Shown piece by piece: positions 1-9,614 of a DNA stretch of 41,960 nucleotides. This DNA comes from Dimargaris cristalligena. Lineage: Eukaryota. The position numbers and the translations under genes were made by a program. The stretch covers positions 1 through 41,960 of the forward strand of contig ML002323.1 in NCBI GenBank assembly GCA_003614675.1, read 5' to 3'. The notes under the pieces are model-generated. The model did no database searches. It was not told the DNA's origin and was given only the letters and a program-made list of their open reading frames with translations. Position 1 is the stretch's first letter; each line of letters opens with the position of its first letter.

Positions 1-54
1 GAGAGCGCTCGCTTAGCATGCGAGAGGCACGGGGATCGATACCCTGGTCCTCCA
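1..54 (+). tRNA. tRNA-Ala (anticodon AGC), 5'-truncated by the window edge
   Basis: Anticodon arm CTCGC-TTAGCAT-GCGAG (AGC at 15-17). T-arm CGGGG-ATCGATA-CCCTG has the ATCG loop typical of eukaryotic tRNA-Ala. Acceptor 3' strand GTCCTCC plus discriminator A, followed by T-runs. Confidence 0.93.
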
Positions 55-72
55 TTCTTTTTATTTTTTTTT
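55..72 (+). terminator. RNA polymerase III oligo-T terminator of the tRNA gene
   Basis: TTCTTTTTATTTTTTTTT immediately 3' of the tRNA. Confidence 0.75.
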
Positions 73-605
73 ATTTTGCCCATAACTCGGATTTGGCCCC
101 TATTTTAGTGTTCTTGATATTTAATAAAAGATTGTGGTTATACATGGTATTTTATTACTCATATTGAACTGTAGGTGGAGAGAAATATAAATATGAAATA
201 TGGCTGTTTTTGTTACAATATCAATTATTTTTACATATAGCATATATTGCAAGTCAGATTAAATATAGATGCTCCCTGGTCACTACCAGTATAACAGGTA
301 TTTGGTTTGTCTAGGCATATTCCCCCCCCCCCATTAATACATAGTACAAAATAGGCATTTTATCTTAATCACTAAGTAATTTGTAATAAAGGGGTGCTGA
401 TGAAAAATAATTCAATGGCAAATTCAAATGTAAAAAGACTCCTTGTAAACAGCTACATAGTTTAGAAAAAAAAATATTCAAGATCAGATAAAATACATTT
501 TCTTTTGAAGAACTACTCACTGCTGACTTTTTTTTTTTGAAGTTCAGTCATGGCCAACAAAAGTGAGACACCAAGCCTTATCATTAAAACAAATAAAAAG
601 GCCAC

Positions 606-1187
606 TGTCAGCCCCCCTAATCCGACTTAATCTGAACCTAACAATTGCCCATCCCTATTAGGCTGTATAGTACCATATTAACCCTCCTATAGTCACCCCT
701 GGTACTATGGGGTTATCAGTTATTATATAACCCCTCTCCTTCTGGCCCTAATACTTTATGCCCAAATACTCAACTTACTAATCCAAGACTCTTCCAGCTC
801 CCATAAGAGTCTTCCTGATGTAAAGTTGTCTAGTTGGATTTTCATCTACATATACCTTAATCTTAGTAGTATTTCCCTTAGGACCTCCCTCTGGAGCTGT
901 CTCTGTGTATATATAACCAGGCCCCATGGGGACTGGTTCAATTCCTTAGCTTATTCATATCCCCCAGTTTACCTCAATAAACTCTATATATACTCACCCC
1001 CCTTATACTAACTAGTAAATGTGCCTGTTGCACATCCCTGGTATTTACCTGCATTTGTCCTTTATTGGTTAGTACTATGCATCTATCCTAACACTAGTAG
1101 CTGCTTAACCGAGTCTGAGCCCCACCTACTGCTAGAAGCCTATCCTTAGGACTCTTGATGAACTAAGAGTGGTTAACCCAGGTGTTA
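606..1187 (+). mobile_element. Solo LTR (copy 1) of an LTR retrotransposon
   Basis: Starts TGTCA and ends TGTTA (decayed TG...CA). Perfect 5-bp target-site duplication GCCAC at 601-605 and 1188-1192. Internal TATATATAA (~908) and AATAAA (~976). Colinear with copies at 38673-39255 and 40935-41513. Confidence 0.9.
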
Positions 1188-1283
1188 GCCACTATTTTAA
1201 TTTAATATATCTACTTGTATACATAACTATTTATAGTAAAAATAATTACATTAGAAAGCCAGAGTAAAGTAGAATACTTTTAT

Positions 1284-2337
1284 TTAATATTGGCTTAGAC
1301 CACCCTTAGCATCAATCACAGCCTGAATTCTACTTGGCATGCTCTCAAAATATAGTGCTGGGTGGGTAGTGTCAATAGCTTTCCATATTGAAGTAATAAT
1401 ATACTTGGCTTTATCCCAGGACCAGTGGCCTGGAAACTTCTTGGCCAGATCTATATTTTTGAACCCAGATGTGCTCAATGAGACTTAAATCAGGACTTTG
1501 AGCAGGCCAATCTAAGACCCCATATTTCTTCTCAGATAGCCATGCTCTCACCATTTTGGTTGTGTGTATTGCTGCATTGTCTTGCTGAAATATCACTGCA
1601 TGGCCTTCCTCAATAAGTTTATTGATCACTGGAGCCATCTGGTCCTTTAATATGTATAAATAGGCACTGCTAACCATTCCTCTTTGCTGGATGGGTGTAG
1701 TGATAGGCCTCTCCCAAAATATAATGTTGGCCTTGCTGAAACTGTGGATTCCCCCCCAGACCATAAGGGATTGGCAGCTAGAACTGAATGTTAGCAGAAG
1801 GTTTTGAGGTGCATATGCCTGACCAGGCCTTTGGAGTACTCTTTAGTTTGCATAGGTACCCCCAATTTGAAATGAACTTTCATCAGAAAAAAAAAAGACA
1901 AATTTCCACTTTTTGATGCTCCAATATTTTCGCTCCTTTGCAAAGTTGAGATTCTTGATCCGGTTAGTGGGTGATATGTATGGCTTCTTTCTTACTACCC
2001 TGGATTCTATATTGGCCTCCTTTAATGCCCTTTGAATTGTCTGCCGTGATATACTCTGACCAGGGAAGACAATGGCCGTAATACCCTGGTTGGTATTAAA
2101 TGGATGGGCTACTGCATATCTGACTAGTTTGTGCTTGGCATAGTTGTTGAGAATCTTGTTACAGCCCCCGCGTTGCTTAGGAGCCTTTGATCCATTATTG
2201 TTACTTGCTTTTATCACCCAGTAAACTGTAGCTCATGAGACACTAAGAATATACATAATCATTGGGACTTGTACATCTTCTTTAAACATATTACAGAGAA
2301 TATCACGCTTCTTAGGGGACAAATGGGTGTATGCCAT
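1284..2337 (-). pseudogene. Tc1 transposase pseudogene
   Basis: ATG at 2337 (MAYTHLSPKKRD...VS*ATVYWVIK, HTH-like), then ISRQTIQRALKE, RKKPYIS, FSDESSF, MVWGGI, FQQDNAAIH and WPAQSPDLSLIEHIW (34 residues between D and E), ending SMPSRIQAVIDAKGG. In-frame stops at 2233-2235 and 1843-1845, and a frameshift near 1465. Confidence 0.93.
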
Positions 2338-2663
2338 AATGAAGAGGAGGCACGAATTAATTAGTTATGGTATAAGACATTTAAAAAGAAAGAAATATGA
2401 ATATGAAAAATTGGGGCTTAATATATGGCACCCCATCACAATAATTTTTTGTCTCACTTTTGCTGGCCATGACTGTACTCCCATATAAGATTCGTTGAAG
2501 GTACTTCCATACTTTAGTGTGGCCAACCTACACTTAATAATTGGACCTGGGACGAGGTGACTACAGCGCAGTGCCATTTTGATACCATTCAAGCCCATCA
2601 AAAACAGCAGACGGACATGTAGATTCCTCTTTGAACTGTATAAATAGATATAGCTTCGCCTCC

Positions 2664-2807
2664 ATATGGGAGAAGTTCATTCAGGCTGTATAATGAAAAA
2701 TCCGTTGGATGAGGCCAATATTACTGGTTAAAAGCTATTCCCACATATGTTTGCCCATCCACATATTATGTAAAGCCTTATACAGTTGGTTTGAATTTCA
2801 TCCATAT
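2664..2807 (+). mobile_element. 144-bp MITE-like dispersed repeat, copy 1
   Basis: Imperfect ~30-bp TIRs (ATATGGGAGAAGTTCA..CTGTATAA / TTATACAG..TGAATTTCATCCATAT). Core AAATCCGTTGGATGAGGC..ACTGGTTAA is shared with two other copies of identical length. Confidence 0.8.
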
Positions 2808-2994
2808 TCAGCCGACATCCACTTCACCCTCTACCACACTTTTACCAATTTCACTGCGGTAAGCCCAACATTACACTGGTTCTTCGCCTCCAACTTCTTC
2901 ACCAGACTATTCTTCTTTATTTCTTAGAAGGGACCCCACCTGTCTGACTTATCTGTCCTTACTTTTATACCCTCCACTGTCTACCCTTAGCAAA

Positions 2995-3726
2995 ATGCGT
3001 CTCTTTGGAACAACTTCCCTACTCATCCTGGGCGCCCTCGCCCTCAGCCATGCCACCGACCAGGATAACCCTGACATCAACCTCAATAATTTCATCAATT
3101 CCAGAAGCCCCGCCATTTCTTATGAGGTTGCCGCTGCGGATCTAATCCAAGGTCCCTTCTTCAGGGAAGCAACATGGCAAGAAACTTCCGAGTATATTGG
3201 GGGACTTAACGGTCATGAGCTAGAACTTTACATTGGTTTACTCGAACACTACATGAACGACGAGAAAGTTAAACGATCCCACCTCAATGAACAGGAAACA
3301 TCCCTTGACTCTATTGCTGGAGGTCACCATGACGATTCGGCGGTGGTCCACCCAGCGCGCTACTAGGCCGAGGCCAGTGGTTCTGGCTCGGGAAGCGGCA
3401 GTCGCCCGGTCCCGGAACCCCAGCCTCTCGCTCCCCAACCATCGCACGGGAACCCCGCCGAAGCGCAAGCATGGTATTGCTATATGCAGCCCATCTATGA
3501 GCAAATGAAGAAGGATTTGAATCATCGAATTGACTGTCCGGTATGTAAAAAAATATTTACTTTCTACACTGCTCGCGATCGTCACCTGCGCATTCACACG
3601 GGTGAAAAACCCTTCACTTGCAATCAGTGTGCTAAAGGATTCGCATGTAAAGATAAACTAAATTCGCATCAATTGAGAGCCAAAGGCTGTGGGCCAGGCG
3701 TAAACTGTCCCCCTTCGGACAATTAA
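2995..3726 (+). pseudogene. Predicted secreted protein with C-terminal tandem C2H2/C2HC zinc fingers; one in-frame TAG at 3364-3366 (pseudogene, null allele, read-through or sequence error)
   Basis: ORFs 2995-3366 and 3484-3726 share a frame and are joined by an open linker (AEASGSGSGSGSRPVPEPQPLAPQPSHGNPAEAQAWYCY). N-terminus MRLFGTTSLLILGALALSHA is signal-peptide-like. C-terminus CPVC-x12-HLRIH-TGEKPF-TCNQC-x12-HQLRAKGC. Confidence 0.8.
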
Positions 3727-4474
3727 CCATGCTAGCCAATATCCCTAGGCTAAACTGGCTGAAATGGGCCTGACCACTTCCCAATATATGTCTTTTATGA
3801 AACGTAGCCACCCCTCCTTTATGATGGGTCTGCTATCTATTTTTTTTTACATTTGTGGTTTATTGGATCAACTTTTCTTTACACTCCATCCCATCAAATA
3901 AATCCTCATTTTGTTTAGACTTATACATCGATTTATGTATAACTGAATTATACATGCTCATATTGGAATTGGTACCGGAGTCTGTTTACCCTAATTGGCA
4001 TAATTGTTTCTCTGGGATATGTCAATCTTGGCCCCTTCGTTTCTAGGCATGTTGACTGTCAGGTTTTTATAGTAACAAATTACCAGCTTGGGGTCAAAAT
4101 AGGCCACTCTTATAAAAAATACAACCGTTAGATTCCTTTTACTCGAACTGTTGGTTATAATTTGATTCCACTCTGAGAGGGGCCCTGGGAAACCCACGGT
4201 CCTTAATGGAGAGAAAATCGGGATGTCTTTGTGGATTAAGGGCCCACTACACTTCCTTTCTGTTATCAGCCTGAGTTCGGGAAATTAAGATCCATTAATA
4301 GCCTTGTTGGTTTGAAGGTCTTACTTGGGCCTGGACGTATTAGATAAGGCCATACTATATTGTAGGATTATATAATAATAAATGAATGGTTCTATGGCAG
4401 CGCTAGTGCTGAGTCTGGTATATTGATGTACCCACCACCCAGCATTAATGGGTCAAATAAAGATTAGGTCATCA

Positions 4475-4618
4475 ATATGGGAAAGGTTCAACCAGACTGT
4501 ATAACGATAAATCCGTTGGATGAGGCAAAAACCACTGGTTAATAATGGATTTCTCATATACTTTCCCATACACGTATTATCCAAAACTTTATACATCTGC
4601 ACTGAATTCCACCCATAT
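4475..4618 (+). mobile_element. 144-bp MITE-like dispersed repeat, copy 2
   Basis: ATATGGGAAAGGTTCAACCAGACTGTATAA...AAATCCGTTGGATGAGGC...TTATACATCTGCACTGAATTCCACCCATAT. Same orientation as copy 1. The right end runs into (AT)10 at 4615-4634. Confidence 0.8.
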
Positions 4619-6033
4619 ATATATATATATATATTGCCTGATGGGATAAGAGGTATCAGGTTTCCGGGGGCAAGTGGTCACTAATTAAACCTTACCGTAG
4701 TTCGATAGAACCTACACTGTTTACATTTATATATATGTGTGTTTTTTTAAAGGCGCTATTGCTCTGATCGGACTCCAATGTCCCATTTACCGCTCTGGCA
4801 AACTAACCGGGTATGGCCATTATATGATATATACGTGGGTCTGAGACGACTATCAGTTTGGCCTGTTAACTGATGGTGTATACACTAGGCCCCGATAACA
4901 GGTAGATAGACGGAGAAAATCGGGGACAAGAGATGGGATGACCACGCAGGCCGAGATTTCTTTTTTCGATCCTTGGTCTGATTGATTCGCCAATTATTAT
5001 TATTATTTTGTAAAAAAAAAAATGTCTAGCCCATGGGACAGACGAGAAAGGTGGTAAGTAGGCATCTAAAAAATTATTGGGGACATAAAAAGACGCAACA
5101 GTGCTGGTGAGGACGGCAGGTATTGAACAGGACAACCTTTGAAATTCAGTATTCGGAGGTATCGCTAATAAAAGGGCCACCATAGTATGGTATAATCCCC
5201 AACATCCTGTTAAGATGGTCTCACTATGGAATGATCATTATCCCCTTTATGTATAATATTGAGCACCCGATTTATCATTAGAAAATCAATATCACAGTCT
5301 GTTATATACCAAGATACTGTAGGTTGGATTGTCTCTTTACGGGTGGACAACTTGATACACTTTGATACGGTATTTATTTCCATACGCCTCTTGTTTTTAT
5401 CTATGCATAGCTGGACTATACCTTTTTATAATGAATGGACTTTTTTTTCATGATAGAGAAGTTAATTTTACTAATACTAATTCGTTACATGCACGGAATC
5501 ATATCATTCCCGGATTTTTATAATTTGACAAATCCGCCAAAAGAGGATTTAATTAGTATCGAATATTGAGAAAATAAATGACAAAAAATGCAATAAAAAG
5601 AATGGGTATAGAAATATATATAATGGGTATGTGTGTGGATATATGTGAATATATAAAACGGGAATGTGAGAATGGATGGGTGTGATTGATCAGACTGATG
5701 TATGTATATGTAGGTATGGAAGAGTGTAAGATGCAGGAGGTGATGGCACCACAATGAATAAGCAGAGGTGACTAAGCGGCAAATAGAATTTTTTTAAAAA
5801 AAATCGATAGCTGGTTCATTTCAAAATGACAGATCCCGTATACAAAATATGTACGTCCCAGTCCGACAGTGAAGGCAATAGACAACAAACACTAATAGCA
5901 TAAGTAATATATCAAAAAAAAAATCGCCAAGAGGAATTATTAAAACATGAGAAAGATGTAGGGGACATAGAATTGAAGGGGTAGGGCAGCTGAGGTAAAT
6001 ATGAAGTGGAATTAGAGCCACCGCCACCCCTAC

Positions 6034-7661
6034 CTATTCAGCTAAAGTGGGAGTAGTAGCGGTAAGAGTCGCCGACATGGGTGAAGGTGACCATGGTACG
6101 GTATGATGGCTCGGCTCGACCAACCCACCCCTTTCCTCCATCGTCAACAGCGGGGTCGGTGCCGGTGTGACCAGCGCCTTCACCCTCTCCCCAGACCCCC
6201 GCTGACCGAGACGTAGAATCGGACGCGCCGAGGCCAATTCGGAAATAAGGGGTGTGGTCGGCGGCTGCTGATCCAGGACCCCCGGTGGCCGGGGGATGGG
6301 CCCCGATCCGTCCCGGTCCACCCCTTCAGCCACCGAGTCCGATTTTAGAGCCACAGTATCCGCTGACTGTCCTGACGACGGCTCCTGCCGCCAAGTCGAT
6401 CGGAACGACGGGGAGTAAGGGGTAGCGTAATTAGGGTACAGCGAATTCGCCGTATGGGCGGACGTAAGCCGGGCGGGGGTTAAAAAGGATGATGTAGCGT
6501 GAAATGAATTAGGAACAGGCGTAGCAGTAGTCGGAGTCGTTGTTGATAGGGCGGTAGTGGGAGTCATGGGTTCCTGACAATACCGATCTCCACTCAATAA
6601 TGAGGTGAGTTCACCCCCCCTGGAAAGACTATGCCTACTAGAACCACTATTGCGGTGCTGGTGCCCGTAGAGGTCCAAAAGAGTGGGCCGCTTCCCCACC
6701 AATACCGTCTGCAACGAATTACTGCTGCCACTGCTACTACTATTACTACTACTGCTGCTGATATGACTCTGGCCATTATCATGGGAAGATGCGGATACTA
6801 CGTCGGATTGCTGGAATAGCAGCATGGCCTCGGCCGCATTGACCATGGTCGATGGAGCGGGATAATGCGGGTGATTCGAGCCAAGGGTGGTCGAAGCGCA
6901 CCGCTTAAGCCGGGGAGGTTGGGGATCGGTGGCCGATTGTGAAACGGCGGTGAAATTCGGAGGATAACTGAAATACCGGGTTGACAGGCGCTTGGTCGGG
7001 GTTTTAAAGTCCGACCCCGCTGCGGAAGACGATGACGACGACGAGGAGGAGGAGGAAGAGGTAGTGATGGTGGAAGGTAGATGTAGGTTACGGGACGACG
7101 AATGGATATGAATACCGGGCTGTGCACCCGTCATCTCCGGGTAAGTCAAACCCGAACCGGAATCTAGGGATACTAATGATGAAGATGATGAGGACAATGT
7201 CGAAGATTGTAGAGATGTGAAGGGCGGTGGTGGTTGAATAGCCGAACCCTTCCAAACCGACCTGCCTTCGGGAATGCCACACGCCTCCAGATGAGCGGTA
7301 TTTAACCGCTGGCCCACCTCGGGCACGGTGTGGAATGAGATACCCGGAATGGCCTGTTCCAACGAAAGTCGAAGGCGTTTCCGGGGGGTCAGCGATCCAT
7401 CACCGGGCACATGGGCGGAATCGCCTATCGATTCCCGGGAGGTCGACGGGGACACTGATGGATCAGCGCCGATATCCGTAGCTCCAGTATCGTTTTTTTG
7501 AATGAAGAGACGGTGGATCTTAGTGCGTTCGGTTTCGGGGAGCCGGGCGTAAAGGGCGGTGACTTGTTCGAAGGACTTGTCTTGCCAGCCATAATCAACC
7601 TTGAATTTGGCAAAGGAGAGGGTGGCGTGGAGAGTATCGGCAATCTAAATGGCGTTGACAT
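6034..7661 (-). CDS. Uncharacterised Ser/Thr/Pro-rich, probably disordered nuclear protein (~542 aa if the -1 shift at 7493-7499 is corrected)
   Basis: Long open frame 6034-~7640 with no ATG until 7134. The overlapping frame from ATG 7661 (MSTPFRLP...TVSSFKK) has the same S/P-rich composition and joins it across an A7 run. Basic clusters TPRKRLRL, TPTKR and RLKR, poly-Ser tracts, short helix NAAEAMLLF. Confidence 0.7.
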
Positions 7662-9530
7662 GGAAGCATGGGATCGTAGAGGAATGTGAGTGAGATACGC
7701 CACGATATAAAAATTATCCGTATTATTTTTTTAAAAAAACGGGAGTTATGAGCGGTAGAATGGCGGGAAGCGTAGATAGGAGGGGTCTGGCGAACGAGAT
7801 ACTATGGCTAATTAAACAAACCGCTGGTGTGAATCAGAGGTGCAAAGGAAGCAAGTTTGGGATGGGGAAAGCGAGTGAGAGACAACAGAGGCGCAGGGGG
7901 AGACTCCCTCACCGCAACCTTGCCCGCATCCCCCTCTCCCAGTGAGCTCCCCCCGCGCGCGCTGTTGTCGTTGCCCTAATGACAATCCCTCCTAACCCTA
8001 GCTAGCCAGCTTAGTCCCGTTTCCATACACCAATACTTTCTCCTCTTGACGCTACACTGCCCCAATAATGAAGCACTGTTTCAAGCAAGAGTTATTAGAA
8101 ATGAAACAACAGCCCACTACTGCCGATAATATATATATATATCTACTATATATTGATCGAGCCAAGCGACTATAGACAAACAATAGAGCGGATATAACTG
8201 GGAGATGCTGACTGAAAGGCGCCCTAAACGAGCGTTATATTCGCTTCGTCTCTCTGTAACTCAGCCAGCCATATACGTATGTACACCAGTCATTCAGGTC
8301 TTCACACACACTATAGGGAGAAGAGGAGGAAGGAATACCACACACAGACAGATAGACACAGACACATACAGACATAGGCCTAAACGACATTCCTATCTAC
8401 AACCAATGGCTGATGAGCCCCCGACGATTGTCAGTGCGCATACGCCTGATACAGACAACAAACTGCACCTGTGCCCCCCTCCTTCGTTTTTCCTTCGCCT
8501 CCCTCCCTCCCATCCTCTCGCACACTACTAACAGCTTATGTAATATGTGCTACCCCAAAGAGCGGTATAGGTATAGGTAGCGATAACACCCCCCACCCTT
8601 AGCAACTACACTAGTGACCGAGAGTGTGTTTTCAGGACGGCTACGGCGAGCGCATAAATGAAAGGGACCAGTATAATGTGCTGCTGTTATGGCCTCTTAT
8701 CTGCTATATATACATATAACCACAAACAACCTACCTTACGTGCCCGGCGTTTCGAGACTATATATTCTCGGGTGTCTGGAGGTAAAACAAAAATGGTAGT
8801 TGGTAGTCTAGCCGACTTCCGACGGGGTGTATGGCTGCTATGGGCGGTGCAAGTAGTAGTGGTGGTGGTGGCGGTCCGAAAAGGGTCATCGCTCAACATT
8901 ATGTCGGTGAATCGGGTGGTAAAACCAAGGAGGTGGGAGGGGGGTACCAGTTGGCGAAGGAATCGCGGGGTGGGTGTGTGTGTGTGTGGAGGGGGTGTGT
9001 ACAAAGACAGTGTGTGGACCCAAGCAGCGGCCCGAGTGGGGAGGGGCGGGAAGAAAGAAGGAGGTTACGGAAGGGCTACGGCGGTCGGGTAATAAGGAAT
9101 AGGTATATCGCTCTGGGATACACGACGGGTAGCAAAGAAAAGAACAGAGAGACGTGACCACGGATAGTCTCTTATGGGGACAGAGAAACAGCGGTTGGTG
9201 GTATACAATACGTACGTACAAGCAAGTGGACAGTATATATATATATATATAGGTCGGGGAATGCGCCACTGGAGTAGAACAGGTCACTGAATTCAAAGGC
9301 GAATTGGGAAAGAAAGGGAAGGGAAGAAAAGGGAAGGAACTGCGAGTGGATTAGTCGTGTCTGTGGGATAGGGTAGGGTAATAAAAGACCGACGACGGGG
9401 AGAAGAGTTGGGCGGGAAAGAAATATAGCAGTGCCCTCCAATACGCTATAGGCCATAAAAACCCACCAAGCTTCTACTCTATACCATCATATAATAATCA
9501 TCATCAACGGGGTGGGCTAATAATATTCCC

Positions 9531-9614
9531 TCCTCCTCTCCCTAGCATTATTTCCCCCTCCTCTCCCTAGCATTATTTCCCCCTCCTCTCCCTATCATTA
9601 TTTCCCCCTCCTCT
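9531..9614. repeat. 25-bp minisatellite, about 3.4 copies
   Basis: Unit CCTAGCATTATTTCCCCCTCCTCTC at 9541-9565, 9566-9590 and 9591-9614 (1 mismatch), with a partial unit upstream. Confidence 0.9.

Larger units (their letters stand above)
545..2475 (-). mobile_element. Tc1-family (DD34E) DNA transposon, inactive, carrying a nested solo LTR
   Basis: 26-bp TIRs: CAGTCATGGCCAACAAAAGTGAGACA (545-570) and TGTCTCACTTTTGCTGGCCATGACTG (2450-2475), 1 mismatch. TA follows the right end; the left flank reads TT. Internal transposase remnant present. About 1.34 kb after removing the LTR and one TSD copy. Confidence 0.93.

Noticed and set aside
3287-3508. Alternative-frame ORF with PPKRK as a frameshifted link to the zinc fingers
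   Set aside because: The two halves are already in the same frame, joined by an open Gly-Ser linker.
9531-9614. Tandem repeat considered as a CRISPR array or telomere seed
   Set aside because: No spacers, eukaryotic context, only ~3 units, internal position.
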